Assembly (NCBI GenBank): GCA_902486425.1
Contig: CABTOK010000009.1
Coordinates: forward strand, 42,194-106,193
From: an uncultured Eubacteriales bacterium
GTDB taxonomy: Bacteria > Bacillota > Clostridia > Christensenellales > Borkfalkiaceae
DNA length: 64,000 nucleotides
Direction of reading: 5' to 3'
In this document: one piece after another, positions 1 to 10,322 of the stretch
Position numbering within the stretch: position 1 is the first letter of the stretch
Layout of the letters: each line of letters begins with the position of its first letter
Position numbers and translations under genes: made by a program
Notes under the pieces: generated by a model
Databases searched by the model: none
Told to the model about the DNA's origin: nothing
Seen by the model: only the letters and a program-made list of their open reading frames with translations

Positions 1-820
1 TTGCTATAAATTTGAGTTTAACGTTTTCCGGGACGAATTTCATAAGAGTGTATAAAGATTTGTTCCAGAATCCGGGTATTACGAGTTTTTTGTTTTTGCG
101 AACGCCTTTTACGGATTTATTAACCACAAAGTCGGGCGTCTTTGCCGAAATTTTGCCCCAAAGTCCCTGTCCTTTTATATCGTCGCATATGTCGGGACGG
201 GTGTAAACTCCGCCCGGGAGAACCGTTGTTACGTTTACTTTGCCTTTGAGTTCAACTCTTAACGACTTGAAAAAGTTCGTAAGACAAGCTTTCGTCGCCG
301 AGTAAAGCTGAAAGTAAGGCATGGGCGAAACGCCCGAAAGCGAAGATACGGTTATTATTTCGGGCAAGTTCCTTTTCTTTCCGCTTGTTGTATTACCGGC
401 ATTTTTTCGGTTGGCTTTTGTATTACCTGTATCGCCGAAGTCTAACCTTTCCAAAAACATATGTGTTAAAGAAATCGTCGCTTCGACGTTTACGCGAATC
501 TGGAAAATCACCTTATCGTCCGTGTAGCTTAAAAAGGCTTTCTGAATATCTGCTCCCGCAACGTTCACGAGACGGGTTACCGATATTTCATTGTTATCGG
601 CATAAGTGAAAAGATTGTCGCGACTCTGTCTGTTTGTAAGATCCGCCGGGAGATATTTAACCGAAATCGAATCGTTAAGCATTAAAAGCTCTTCTTTTAA
701 TGCGGCAAGTTTTTCTTCCGACCGTCCTGTGATAAAAAGGTTACATCCTTCCTTTGCGTAATAGCGGCAAAAAGCCTTGCCTATTCCGCCGGTCGCGCCC
801 GTTATAAAGGTGTATTCCAT
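1..820 (-). CDS. Short-chain dehydrogenase/reductase (SDR) family oxidoreductase; C-terminal part cut by window edge
   Basis: Minus-strand ATG at 820-818. The N-terminus MEYTFITGATGGIGKAF carries the SDR Rossmann motif TGxxxGIG. The frame stays open to position 1. It is absent from the ORF track because it runs off the edge. Confidence 0.7.
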   Translation of the reverse strand, partial: MEYTFITGATGGIGKAFCRYYAKEGCNLFITGRSEEKLAALKEELLMLNDSISVKYLPADLTNRQSRDNLFTYADNNEISVTRLVNVAGADIQKAFLSYTDDKVIFQIRVNVEATISLTHMFLERLDFGDTGNTKANRKNAGNTTSGKKRNLPEIITVSSLSGVSPMPYFQLYSATKACLTNFFKSLRVELKGKVNVTTVLPGGVYTRPDICDDIKGQGLWGKISAKTPDFVVNKSVKGVRKNKKLVIPGFWNKSLYTLMKFVPENVKLKFIA

Positions 821-822
821 AA

Positions 823-1062
823 TTATTTTGCGAGTAAAAGCTTGCTTGTAACGCCTTTAAGCATGCCGAGTTTTCCGGAAAGCGCATTAAGAACTTCCTG
901 CGGGGCGTCGAGAATAACGCTTATCACGCTCAAATTTCTTTCTTTTTGGGGGATTCCCATTCTGCCGTTTATGTATTTTGCGTTTTCATGCAAAAGTTCG
1001 TTGATTTTTACGGTGCTTTCGGGATCCTTTACGACTATCGCGAGTATTGCGAGAACGTTCAT
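823..1062 (-). CDS. Small CopG/ACT-like regulator resembling the TM1266-type putative iron-only hydrogenase system regulator
   Basis: 79-aa ORF with the motif GRMGIP...ERNLSVISVILDAP...LSGKLG, typical of this small family. Its stop lies 2 nt before the SDR start, so the two are translationally coupled in an operon. Confidence 0.45.
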   Translation of the reverse strand: MNVLAILAIVVKDPESTVKINELLHENAKYINGRMGIPQKERNLSVISVILDAPQEVLNALSGKLGMLKGVTSKLLLAK

Positions 1063-1207
1063 TTTATATTCTCCGATGTTAAAGTTTAAGAGAATGCGAT
1101 ATCAGATATTCTCTTAAATTATATTTTACCATATTTTATTTTATATTTCAATAGTTCACAGATTAAAAGGTATCTCGCGCGGAGTTATTTTTACGAATTT
1201 CCTTTCG

Positions 1208-1912
1208 TCAGATAATTGTCCCGAATGTTTCGGGAGAGATGACCGTTTTTAATTTTTCAAGCGCACGCTTTTCTATTCTCGAAACGTACGAGCGTGAAAT
1301 TTTGAGTATCTTCGCGACTTCTCTCTGTACAAAACACCTGCCGTTATACAGTCCGTATCTTAAACAGATTACGGTGAATTCCCGCTTGTTAAGGACTTTC
1401 CGCATTTTTCCCAAGATGGACGTTCTGAGCATCATATTGTCGGCGTTTTTGAATACCGAGTCTTCGTCTTCGGTCAAAACGTCGATGATTTTCAGCGTGT
1501 TCCCGTCCTTATCGGTACCGACTTCGGAATCTAACGAGATTGTTCCGCGGTGCTTTTTATCGGAACGTATCAGCATCAGAATTTCGTTCTCGATACAGCG
1601 ACCGGCGAAAGTCGCGAGTCGCACGTTTTTATCGAGGGAATAGGTGTTTATCGCCTTCGCAAGACCGAGACTGCCTACGGATAAAAGATCGTCCGTTTCC
1701 GCCGCACCCTTATACTTTTTTACGACGTGGGCGACAAGGCGCATGTTGTGTTCGAGAAGCTTTTCCTTGGCGGCTTTGTCGCCTGCTTTCGCTTTCAGTA
1801 TAAGTTCTTTTTCTTCTTTTTCCGAGAGAGGCTTTTTAAAAGAACTGCCGGTCAGTACCGATCCGGTAAAAAATATTATCTTGCTTAAAAAGTATAAAAG
1901 TTTTTCTAACAT
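1208..1912 (-). CDS. sigK: Sporulation RNA polymerase sigma factor with N-terminal pro-sequence (pro-sigma-K-like)
   Basis: 234 aa. Hydrophobic pro-sequence FFTGSVLTGSSFKKPLSEKEE followed by LEHNMRLVAHVVKKY, ATFAGRCIENEILM and a region 4 ending ISRSYVSRIEKRALEKL; this matches sigK/sigE-family sporulation sigmas. Strong RBS TAAGGAGCAAAAATG. Confidence 0.6.
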   Translation of the reverse strand: MLEKLLYFLSKIIFFTGSVLTGSSFKKPLSEKEEKELILKAKAGDKAAKEKLLEHNMRLVAHVVKKYKGAAETDDLLSVGSLGLAKAINTYSLDKNVRLATFAGRCIENEILMLIRSDKKHRGTISLDSEVGTDKDGNTLKIIDVLTEDEDSVFKNADNMMLRTSILGKMRKVLNKREFTVICLRYGLYNGRCFVQREVAKILKISRSYVSRIEKRALEKLKTVISPETFGTII

Positions 1913-2095
1913 TTTTGCTCCTTATAAGTAGTTAAAAATTTTGCAACCCGAAATTTTTGCGTTGCGGTTTATTAAAACTTATGAAAAAGAACGCCGTTTT
2001 ATATCGGATTTTGTCGTGAAAACTTTTTTATGCCGAAATAACGTGCAGTAGTAAAAGAGCTTTACTTTTTTGCCGTAAAATCGTAAAATTATGGT

Positions 2096-2794
2096 ATGAC
2101 AAGAGAAAATAACAAAAAAAACGAAATAAAAGACAAAACCGTGAAATATTTTGCGGTATTCGATCTCGACGGAACCATTCTGAATACGGCCGAAGATCTT
2201 GCCGACGCAGTGAACTACGGTCTTAAAAGAAACGGGCTTGAAACGTATTCTACCGAAGAAGTTTTAAAAATGGTCGGCAACGGGGTGAAAAATCTCGTTT
2301 TAAGAGCTATCGGCGATAAGAAAGAACTGTTTGACGCATGCTTCAAGGACTTTAAAGAATATTATTCCGCTCATTATGCGGTAAAAACTTATGCTTATAA
2401 TGGTGTTAAGGAAGCGCTTTTATCGCTTAAAAACAGCGGTGTTACATTAGGCGTTTTATCGAATAAATACGACGCTGCAGTGAAAGACCTTGCCGAAATT
2501 TATTACGGAGGTATTTTCGATTTTGTTTCCGGCGAGAAAGAAGGAACGCCGCGTAAACCCGATCCGACTTCTCTTAACGATATGATAAGACTTTGCGGAG
2601 CCGAAAAGAAACATACCGTATATATAGGCGATTCGGACGTAGACGTAAAAACGGCGGATAACGCCGGGGTAAAGTGCGTTTCGGTTACGTGGGGTTTCAG
2701 AAGCAAAAACTTTATAAAAGAAAACGGCGGTTACGACTTTGCCGATACGCCGGAAGAAATGGCAGCAAAAATCAAAGCAGATTCCGGACTATGA
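2096..2794 (+). CDS. HAD-IA family hydrolase (phosphoglycolate phosphatase-like)
   Basis: N-terminal FDLDGTILNT (HAD motif I) and C-terminal YIGDSDVDVKTADNAG (motif III). Confidence 0.7.
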   Translation: MTRENNKKNEIKDKTVKYFAVFDLDGTILNTAEDLADAVNYGLKRNGLETYSTEEVLKMVGNGVKNLVLRAIGDKKELFDACFKDFKEYYSAHYAVKTYAYNGVKEALLSLKNSGVTLGVLSNKYDAAVKDLAEIYYGGIFDFVSGEKEGTPRKPDPTSLNDMIRLCGAEKKHTVYIGDSDVDVKTADNAGVKCVSVTWGFRSKNFIKENGGYDFADTPEEMAAKIKADSGL

Positions 2795-2852
2795 TAAAAA
2801 TTTCAGGACTATGATGAAAGTTCCGAAAAGAGCGATAACTTAAAAACGGAAA

Positions 2853-2882
2853 AAAAGACCTTTGTAAAAGGTCTTTTTTGGT
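2853..2882. terminator. Bidirectional rho-independent terminator between convergent genes
   Basis: AAAAAGACCTTTGTAAAAGGTCTTTTTTG: an 8-bp stem with a GTAA loop, flanked by an A-run and a T-run. Confidence 0.7.
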
Positions 2883-2917
2883 TTTAAATTAAATATGTTA
2901 TTATCGTAAAACGAGAA

Positions 2918-3460
2918 TTATAAAAGGGGAATGGTCGCAAGGTAAACCACGTCCGGTCTGTTAGCCGCGTCGCCTTCCGCAAGAACGAAGCCTTTTTTAT
3001 AGATTTCGCCGCCGGCTTTTATAACGAGATCTTCAAGTCCGAGAAGAGAAGCTCCCGTAGAAACTACGTCGTCGACTATGCCGACTTTTTTGCCCTTTAT
3101 AAGGTCCATATCGTGTTTGCTTAAATAAAGTCTCTGTTCTTTGCCGGTCGTTATCGAAGAACCGTACGCAACGTCGATGCCGTCCTGCATGTATAATTTT
3201 TTGGATTTTCTCGCAACGGCGTAGAAGGGCATGCCGAGTTCTCTCGCGGTAACGTGAGTGAGCTGAAGACCTTTCGATTCCGCCGTAATCAAAACGTCGC
3301 AGCCGGTCATGAGTTTAGCAAGTTCTTTGCCGCAATGTTCGGTAAGAACCTGATTGCCGTGAAGGTTGAAAAATGCGATGTTGATTCCGCTGGGAAGGGG
3401 AAGTATGGGAAGTTCCGCTTCCATACCTTTGATGTTGACTTTGAAAACTTTATCCGACAT
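2918..3460 (-). CDS. Purine/xanthine-type phosphoribosyltransferase (type I PRTase)
   Basis: 180 aa. The PRPP-binding motif KVGIVDDVVSTGASL and the upstream VLITAESKG resemble Xpt-like PRTases. Confidence 0.55.
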   Translation of the reverse strand: MSDKVFKVNIKGMEAELPILPLPSGINIAFFNLHGNQVLTEHCGKELAKLMTGCDVLITAESKGLQLTHVTARELGMPFYAVARKSKKLYMQDGIDVAYGSSITTGKEQRLYLSKHDMDLIKGKKVGIVDDVVSTGASLLGLEDLVIKAGGEIYKKGFVLAEGDAANRPDVVYLATIPLL

Positions 3461-3666
3461 GGTAAATCCTCCGTTTGTCGTTTATTGTCATATGTTGTTC
3501 CGTATCGAAACACCATAATATTTTAGCACACTTTATTGTATTTTGCAATACATAATGCAGAAAGAAACGACATAATTTTAAATATATTCCGTCCCTCGTC
3601 AGCATTTTTATATTTTTATATAATGCTCGGACAGAAGGCGGCGGATAAAAAACTTTTGGGGGAAAT

Positions 3667-6327
3667 ATGGATTTTATATCGGAAAAAAGGGAAGAAGTAT
3701 TAAAAAAGTTTTCTTCCTTTCCCGACGGCATAGACGAACAAAAAGTTTTAAAGTCGCGCGAATCGTTCGGCGAAAACGTTCTCGAAAAACCTAAAAAAAA
3801 GAGTTTTATAAAAAGGCTTTTGTCCGCTTTGTCCGAGCCTATGATGCTTATACTTCTCGTATCTGCGGCGATAACGCTCGGGATAAATCTCGGCAAGTAT
3901 TTTAAATGCGGCGAAGCCGATTTTTCGGAATTTTTCGGAATAATTTTTGCAGTGGGGCTTTCGGTTTCGATAACCCTTATCATGGAAAGCAGTTCTCAAA
4001 AAGCCTTCGATGCGCTTAAAAAGTCTTATCGGAATGTTTTCGTCAAGGTCAGAAGAAACGGTAAAATTTTAAAAATACCGCAGTCCGAAATTGTCTGCGG
4101 CGACATAGTTATAATTTCATCCGGAGATAAGGTGACGGCCGACGGAAGACTGCTAAAATCCGATTCGCTGTCGCTCGACGAATCGGCGCTTACGGGGGAA
4201 AGTTCTCCCGTACAAAAGGACGCTGAAGCCGTTCTTAACGAAAACGTACATATAGCGGAAGCGAAAAATTATGTATTTTCCGGAACTTTCGTTTCGGGCG
4301 GCAGCGGCGAATATGTGGTTACCGCCGTCGGAGCGAATGCCGAAATAGGAAAAATAGCGAAAGAAATCGGCAAAGAGCGTGAAGAAAAAACACCGCTCTC
4401 CGAGAAGCTGAATTCGCTTTCCAAAACGGTTTCGCTTATAGGCGTGATAGTGTCGGCGTGCATATTTATAGCGGAAGCGATAAAACTCGCCGTTTCGGGA
4501 GAATTTACCTTTTCCGCCGTGCAGGAAATTTTCGTTTCGTGCATAGTTTTAATTGTCGCCGCCGTGCCGGAAGGTTTGCCGACGATAGTCGCCGTTTCGC
4601 TCGCTCTCAATATGATAAAGCTCTCGGGCGAAAAGGTTCTTATAAAAAAACTCGTTGCGACCGAAACAACAGGCATGGTGAGCGTGATATGTTCGGATAA
4701 AACGGGAACTCTCACCGAGAATAAGATGAAGGTCGTAAAAATCTGTACGACGACGTTTTGCAAAAACGCCGAAGAAGTAAAAAGCGATATATTGTACGAA
4801 AATTTTTGCATAAATTCGACTGCCGATCTTATTCCGGGCATCGGCTCCGAAATCGGTACCGAAGCCGCCCTTTTAACTCATTATCGCGACGTTACAAAAA
4901 AAGATTATAAAGTTTTAAGAAACAAATACGGTAAGGTTTCGACGATACCGTTCTCGTCGAAAACGAAGTATATGATGACCGCGGTAAGAACGGACGGCGG
5001 CGAAAGAAGATACCTTAAAGGCGCGCCGGAAGTTATTCTTACCCACTGCGATCTGACGGATTACGAGCTTAAAGCCGTAAAGAAAAATATGGAAGAGTAC
5101 GAAAAGGTTTCTTACCGTATTCTTGCCTTTGCCCATCTCGATATTACCGAAACGGAAGATGCTGCGTACAAAAACAAAAAAGAGTTAAAGTACGTTTTCG
5201 ACGGGTTTGCGGTTATTGCGGATAAGATACGTAAGGAAGTATTTTCTGCGGTGGAAACGGCTAAAAAAAGCGGCGTGGACGTAAAAATGCTCACGGGCGA
5301 CAATATCGTCACGGCGAAAGCTGTCGCGAAGCAGCTGAAAATAATAACTTCGGAAAGTCAGGCGGTGACCGGCGCGGATATAGAAAGGCTCTCTGACAAG
5401 GAGCTTAAAGAAGCGATAAAAGATATAAAAGTCATCGCGAGAAGTACTCCTTCCGTGAAACTTCGGGTGGTAAAGGCGTTAAAAGAGCTCGGCGAAGTAG
5501 TTGCGGTAACAGGCGACGGTATAAACGACGCGCCGGCAATACGGCATGCGGACGTCGGCATTGCGATGGGCGTTTCGGGATCCGAAATAACCAAAGAAGC
5601 CGCCGAAGCCGTGCTTTTGAACGACAGTTTCGAAGGCGTCATAAAAGCGATAGAATTCGGCAGGACGGTACATAAAAACATCAAACGGTTTATAATGTTT
5701 CAGCTTTCGGTAAACGTTTCGGCTCTTATATTCGTTGCGGCTTCGTGCTTGTTCGGACTGAATATGCCGTTCAGCGCGCTGGAGCTGTTGTTTATAAACG
5801 TAATTATGGACGGACCGCCCGCGATAACGCTTGGACTTTATAAGCCGGACAAAGACATAATGGAAAAACCGCCCGTAAAGAGAAACGCAAAACTCATAGA
5901 CAAAAGCATGTGGATAAGGATAATTCTGCACGGCGTGTATATGGCGGCGGTAACTCTTTTTGAGTACAGGTTCAATTTTCTCAAAGTTCCCGAAAAAGAA
6001 ATAACCGCTTGCGTTTTCGTGCTGTTCACTGCGTTTCAGCTGTTCAACGCATTCAACGCCAAGGAACTCGGAAGAACGAGCGTTTTTAAAACCCACGGAA
6101 ATTATCTGATGCCGGTAACGTTTTTTATAACCTTTCTGGTACTTGTTTTTGCGGTTACGTTTATTCCGTCGGGCTTCGGAATATGTCCGATGTCCTTTAT
6201 AAGCTGGGTAAAAACGGTAGCGACGGGATTTTCGATAATCATTATATCCGAAGTATCGAAGCTCGTTCCGATAAGACGCATCGGAAAATCGAAAAAGGCT
6301 TTCCGCAAAATTACGGCGGTAAAATAA
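3667..6327 (+). CDS. P-type ATPase, Ca2+-transporting (P2A/SERCA-PMCA-like cation pump)
   Basis: 886 aa. Phosphorylation motif CSDKTGTLTENKM, hinge motifs MLTGDN and VTGDGINDAPAIRHADVGIAMG, PEGLP in TM4, and 10 predicted TM segments. Confidence 0.85.
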   Translation: MDFISEKREEVLKKFSSFPDGIDEQKVLKSRESFGENVLEKPKKKSFIKRLLSALSEPMMLILLVSAAITLGINLGKYFKCGEADFSEFFGIIFAVGLSVSITLIMESSSQKAFDALKKSYRNVFVKVRRNGKILKIPQSEIVCGDIVIISSGDKVTADGRLLKSDSLSLDESALTGESSPVQKDAEAVLNENVHIAEAKNYVFSGTFVSGGSGEYVVTAVGANAEIGKIAKEIGKEREEKTPLSEKLNSLSKTVSLIGVIVSACIFIAEAIKLAVSGEFTFSAVQEIFVSCIVLIVAAVPEGLPTIVAVSLALNMIKLSGEKVLIKKLVATETTGMVSVICSDKTGTLTENKMKVVKICTTTFCKNAEEVKSDILYENFCINSTADLIPGIGSEIGTEAALLTHYRDVTKKDYKVLRNKYGKVSTIPFSSKTKYMMTAVRTDGGERRYLKGAPEVILTHCDLTDYELKAVKKNMEEYEKVSYRILAFAHLDITETEDAAYKNKKELKYVFDGFAVIADKIRKEVFSAVETAKKSGVDVKMLTGDNIVTAKAVAKQLKIITSESQAVTGADIERLSDKELKEAIKDIKVIARSTPSVKLRVVKALKELGEVVAVTGDGINDAPAIRHADVGIAMGVSGSEITKEAAEAVLLNDSFEGVIKAIEFGRTVHKNIKRFIMFQLSVNVSALIFVAASCLFGLNMPFSALELLFINVIMDGPPAITLGLYKPDKDIMEKPPVKRNAKLIDKSMWIRIILHGVYMAAVTLFEYRFNFLKVPEKEITACVFVLFTAFQLFNAFNAKELGRTSVFKTHGNYLMPVTFFITFLVLVFAVTFIPSGFGICPMSFISWVKTVATGFSIIIISEVSKLVPIRRIGKSKKAFRKITAVK

Positions 6328-6361
6328 ATAATTATTATTTTAATAGGCAAAATATCTTAAA

Positions 6362-7063
6362 ATGATCAGAATATCCGAAAAACTTTCGAACTTAAATTTT
6401 TTAGAATATATAAAAAGCACGCTTTCGGAAGCGTTCAGTATGACTTGTATCGCCGAAATCGTGTCGTCCGACAGCGAAAGATGTTATCTTACCGTGAACG
6501 AAAAACCTATGTATACGTCTCTCGTAATCGGCGAAATATTATCTAAAATAGCGGACGTCATAACGATAGGCTATAAGTATTCGTTTTTATCGAAAATGGT
6601 AAAATGCTCCGGGCTGAAGCTCTCGGAAAACGAATTGTTTTTAACCGGAGTAATCGCCGCGGATTATCCGGACGACAAAGAGTACGTATTAAAAAAGCTC
6701 GAAGGTTTTACGGACGTCGCAATAGACGGCTTTTATAATTTCAGGATAAAAAATCTCAGAAAAAAGTGGGAAGAAGTCTCCGCTATGCTTCCGAAAACTT
6801 TCGAAAAGGAAGATCTTACCGAATTTTTTTCTTACATGCAGGCGGAGTCGGATAAAAAAGTATATCTCGATAAAAATTCGCTTTACGACGAACATTTCAA
6901 AAAACTCGACTTATCTACGCTTTTATCGGCGGAAGGCGACATTATAAAAGAGATTATTTTATCGAATCCCGCCGAAATCATAGTTAAAAGAAATTCGTTC
7001 TGCGGCGAAACCGAACTATCCGGAATAAAAGAATATTACGGCAAATGCGTAAGATTTGCTTAA
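6362..7063 (+). CDS. ytxC: YtxC-like putative sporulation protein
   Basis: 233-aa protein immediately upstream of thrS, the conserved Firmicutes ytxC-thrS synteny. Unremarkable soluble protein. The call rests on position and size, not on a recognised motif. Confidence 0.4.
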   Translation: MIRISEKLSNLNFLEYIKSTLSEAFSMTCIAEIVSSDSERCYLTVNEKPMYTSLVIGEILSKIADVITIGYKYSFLSKMVKCSGLKLSENELFLTGVIAADYPDDKEYVLKKLEGFTDVAIDGFYNFRIKNLRKKWEEVSAMLPKTFEKEDLTEFFSYMQAESDKKVYLDKNSLYDEHFKKLDLSTLLSAEGDIIKEIILSNPAEIIVKRNSFCGETELSGIKEYYGKCVRFA

Positions 7064-7174
7064 AAATTCAATGAAGCGGATAAAAACCGCGAGACGCTTA
7101 AAAAATATCCGATACGCATCAAAAAAATTTTGACCACTATATCTTGGGTAGAGGTAAAATAAAAAAAATTTCTC

Positions 7175-7203
7175 TTGACTTTTTTCTTATAAATAAGTAG
7201 TAT
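7175..7203 (+). promoter_or_regulatory. Sigma-A type promoter for thrS (TTGACT-17-TAGTAT)
   Basis: Hexamers at 7175-7180 and 7198-7203, 37 bp upstream of the thrS ATG. The leader is only about 30 nt, so no T-box fits. Confidence 0.4.
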
Positions 7204-7239
7204 TTATAAGCCGCTTAAACGCGGAAAGGAAAAAGTTAA

Positions 7240-9171
7240 ATGATCGTAACGCTTGAAAGAGGGGTAAAAAAAGAATTGACGAGCGGTCTTACCGCAGCCG
7301 AAGTTCTTCATAAAGCGTACCTGTATCCGGACGGAACCGAAGGCAGATACGATAAAACCGCCGTCGCCGTAAACATCGGCGGCGATATTTTACCGCTTTC
7401 ATTTAAAATAGACGATGATTGCGAACTTTTGCCCGTAACGTTAAAAGACGAAGCAGGCATGAAGGTTTACCGCCATACGCTTTCGCATATTTTAGCGCAC
7501 GCGGTGAAAACCATTTTCCCGACGAGTAAGTGCGCCGGCGGCGACGATACCGAAAACGGGTTTTATTACGATTTCGATTTCAACACGCCGATAAACGAAG
7601 ACGATCTTGTAAAAATAGAAAACGAAATGCTTGCGGTTATACGAGCGGATCTTCCTATCGAGAGATTTATGCTTTCTGAGGAAGAAGCAGTTACCCTGAT
7701 GCGTAACTTTTCGGAACCGTACGTTACGCAGAAAATAGAAGAGTGCGGAAAAGAATACGTTTCGTTTTACAAGCAGGGCGATTTTATAGACGCATGCCTT
7801 AACGTTCATCTTCCGTCCACGGGCAGAATAAAAGCCTTTAAGCTGACGGGAATATCGGGCGCGTACTGGAACGGAAAAGCGACGAACAAAATGCTTACGA
7901 GAATTTCGGGCGTGGCGTTCGAAAAAAGGTCCGAACTTGAAAGCTTTTTGAAAAGTCTCGAAACGGCTAAAACGATTCAGCATAACGTTTCGGGAAGACG
8001 TCTCGGCTATTTTACAGACATTCCGGGAGCGGGAAGAGGACTCCCCGTGATACTCCCGAAGGGCGCGATGGCGATAAGAGAGATGAAACGCTTTGTCGAA
8101 GACGAAGAATTCAAACGCGGATTCGTTCCCGTTCTTACCCCCGTCATGGCAAAGGCGGAATATCTTAAATCGAGCGGAAAAATAAGCGACCGCTTTACCG
8201 TCGGCGACGACAGAAAGGCTAAAGATGCTTACGCGCTTAAAAGCAACGCTTCGCCGTTTGTTTTTTCGGCTTTTACCGAAAGACAGAGAAGCTATCGCGA
8301 ACTCCCGTTCAGGATTTCCGAAACGGCGACGGTATTCAAAAACGTTCCGTGCGGAAAGGCTCACGGGCTTACCGTTTTAAGACAGCTTACCGCGAGCGAA
8401 GAATATATAATATTTAAAAATTCCGATGCCGAAAGGGTAGTGGGCGAGTCGCTGGACTTTATAAGAACGGTTTTAAGAGAGCTGCGTTTAGACGACGCAT
8501 GCGTTACCGTCTCCAGTCTCGGCGAAGGCAGACGGCAGAGATATTACGGAACTTCGAAGGACTGGAACGCGGCTACCGCTTTATATAAAAAAGTTCTGAC
8601 AGAGAGGGGAATAAACTTTACGGACGATATCGAATCGACTTCGCCTTTCGGACCGGGAATAGACTTTTTCGTAAAAGACGTTTTCGGCAAAAAGGTGTTC
8701 CTGTCGTTTTTGAGATACGATTTCGGCTCGGCTAAAAAGTTGAAGCTCGGCTTTGTTGATTCGGACGGCGAAAAAAAGACTCCGTCTGTTATATATATGA
8801 GCGCAGCGGGTTGTTACGAAAGGGTTCTCGCGATGCTTATCGAAAAAAACGAAGGCGTTCTGCCCGTAAGATTCGCGCCCGTTCAGGTTAAAGTTTTAAG
8901 CGTTTCGGACAAGGTTTCGGACTATGCGGAAACGGTGAAGAATAAGTTTTTAAGTCTCGGCGTCAGGGCTGCGATCGACAATTCTTCGTCAAAGCTCTCG
9001 AAAAAGCTAAAAAACGCTTACGGCGACCCCGTTCCTTTTATTGCAGTAGTAGGCGAAACGGAAGAAAAATCCAGAATCGTTTCGCTTAAAAAACTCTGTT
9101 TTAAGGGAGAAGAAGAAATAACCGAAGAATTACCCGTCGAAAGTGCGGCGGAGCTTATACTGCGTTCCTAA
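7240..9171 (+). CDS. thrS: Threonine--tRNA ligase
   Basis: 643 aa with N-terminal TGS domain, HxxxH editing-domain motif (HTLSHILAHAV), class II aaRS core and C-terminal anticodon-binding domain. RBS GGAAAGGAAAAAG. Confidence 0.9.
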   Translation: MIVTLERGVKKELTSGLTAAEVLHKAYLYPDGTEGRYDKTAVAVNIGGDILPLSFKIDDDCELLPVTLKDEAGMKVYRHTLSHILAHAVKTIFPTSKCAGGDDTENGFYYDFDFNTPINEDDLVKIENEMLAVIRADLPIERFMLSEEEAVTLMRNFSEPYVTQKIEECGKEYVSFYKQGDFIDACLNVHLPSTGRIKAFKLTGISGAYWNGKATNKMLTRISGVAFEKRSELESFLKSLETAKTIQHNVSGRRLGYFTDIPGAGRGLPVILPKGAMAIREMKRFVEDEEFKRGFVPVLTPVMAKAEYLKSSGKISDRFTVGDDRKAKDAYALKSNASPFVFSAFTERQRSYRELPFRISETATVFKNVPCGKAHGLTVLRQLTASEEYIIFKNSDAERVVGESLDFIRTVLRELRLDDACVTVSSLGEGRRQRYYGTSKDWNAATALYKKVLTERGINFTDDIESTSPFGPGIDFFVKDVFGKKVFLSFLRYDFGSAKKLKLGFVDSDGEKKTPSVIYMSAAGCYERVLAMLIEKNEGVLPVRFAPVQVKVLSVSDKVSDYAETVKNKFLSLGVRAAIDNSSSKLSKKLKNAYGDPVPFIAVVGETEEKSRIVSLKKLCFKGEEEITEELPVESAAELILRS

Positions 9172-9186
9172 AATAATGAATACAAA

Positions 9187-9212
9187 AAAGCCGCGCTTAA
9201 ACGCGGCTTTTT
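9187..9212 (+). terminator. thrS rho-independent terminator
   Basis: AAAGCCGCGCTTAAACGCGGCTTTTT, 15 bp after the stop. Confidence 0.75.
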
Positions 9213-9439
9213 AAGTGAAAATTTTTAGTCGGACGGTAAATGTGTATAAAAACTTCGTAAAAGTTTCAGGATATTAAACAATTTTCAGGTTTTTTAATAT
9301 AATAAACGGGGTTATTGCGGCGGTAGCGTAATAACCGAAAAATAAAGCCGCATTTTTAAACTTAAAAATGACGGAATAAATCTTGATAATTTTACTTTAT
9401 TATAGTAAAATATAATAATAAGTATAATATAAGGGGAGT

Positions 9440-10321
9440 TTGCCGTTATGTTTTACAGTCGGCAAAAAGGAGAAAACGGTGAATTTTTCTTCGTTTAATT
9501 ATACTTACGGAAGAGAAATCACTACATATAAGCTTGGCGGAAGATTAAGAGCTTTTTCGCCCGAAAACGAATACGAACTTATAGAAGCGGTCGATTTTTT
9601 AAAAAAGACCGGAAATGATTTTACTGTAGTCGGCGGCGGGAGCAAAATTTTATTTCCGGACGAAGACACGGACAGATTTATAATAAAAACCGACAAGCTC
9701 AAAGGTATTTTTATAAAGGGTAACAAAGTAACGTTCGGCGCAGGAGTAACCGTACCCGAGGCGATAAGATTTTGTCTTTACAACGGACTTACGGGAATAG
9801 AGTATCTTGTAAAAATACCAGCGCATATGGGCGGCGTCGCGGCGATGAACGCAGGCGTTTCCGGCAAAAACTTTTCGGATACCGTAAAGTATGTCACAGT
9901 GTTAAGAAACGGCGTCGTTACGGCTGTATTCCCTGAAAAAAGTTGTTATCGGGAACCTTTTATATTGGACGGCGACGTAGTGTTAAATGCGACCTGTATC
10001 GTTGAACCCGCACCGGAAAAGAAGATAAAAGAGAACCTTTTATACTATATAAACCGCAGAAAGAACCAACCTTTCGGGAGAAATTGCGGCAGCGTTTTCA
10101 TAAACCCCGAAGGCGACTTTGCCGGCAGGCTTATCGAAGAAGCGGGACTTAAAGGAACAAGAATCGGCGGAGCATACGTTTCGGACAGACATGCGAATTT
10201 TATCGTTGCGGACGGCGTAAAGTCCGACGACGTGAAAAAGCTTATAGACGTTTGTTACGAAACCGTTTACGAAAGATTCGGAACAGAGCTTAAAAAAGAA
10301 GTTAAAATAATCGGAGACTGA
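9440..10321 (+). CDS. murB: UDP-N-acetylenolpyruvoylglucosamine reductase
   Basis: FAD-binding N-terminal domain (DFTVVGGGSKILF), AMNAGVSGKNFSD and GSVFINPEG motifs. The likely true start is the GTG at 9479, preceded by AAAGGAG. Confidence 0.8.
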   Translation: MPLCFTVGKKEKTVNFSSFNYTYGREITTYKLGGRLRAFSPENEYELIEAVDFLKKTGNDFTVVGGGSKILFPDEDTDRFIIKTDKLKGIFIKGNKVTFGAGVTVPEAIRFCLYNGLTGIEYLVKIPAHMGGVAAMNAGVSGKNFSDTVKYVTVLRNGVVTAVFPEKSCYREPFILDGDVVLNATCIVEPAPEKKIKENLLYYINRRKNQPFGRNCGSVFINPEGDFAGRLIEEAGLKGTRIGGAYVSDRHANFIVADGVKSDDVKKLIDVCYETVYERFGTELKKEVKIIGD

Positions 10322-10322
10322 A

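Noticed and set aside
3461-3666. Possible riboswitch or operator in the 200-bp leader of the Ca2+-ATPase, with imperfect palindrome ATTGTATTTTGCAATACAT
   Set aside because: The palindrome is imperfect and no conserved riboswitch core could be recognised by eye. Left as unsupported.
7492-8364. 290-aa ORF antisense to thrS, plus similar antisense ORFs in dnaE, the PFK gene, the Ca-ATPase and the ntp genes
   Set aside because: They are fully embedded in strongly supported sense genes. They have no motifs and Arg-rich composition typical of antisense frames.
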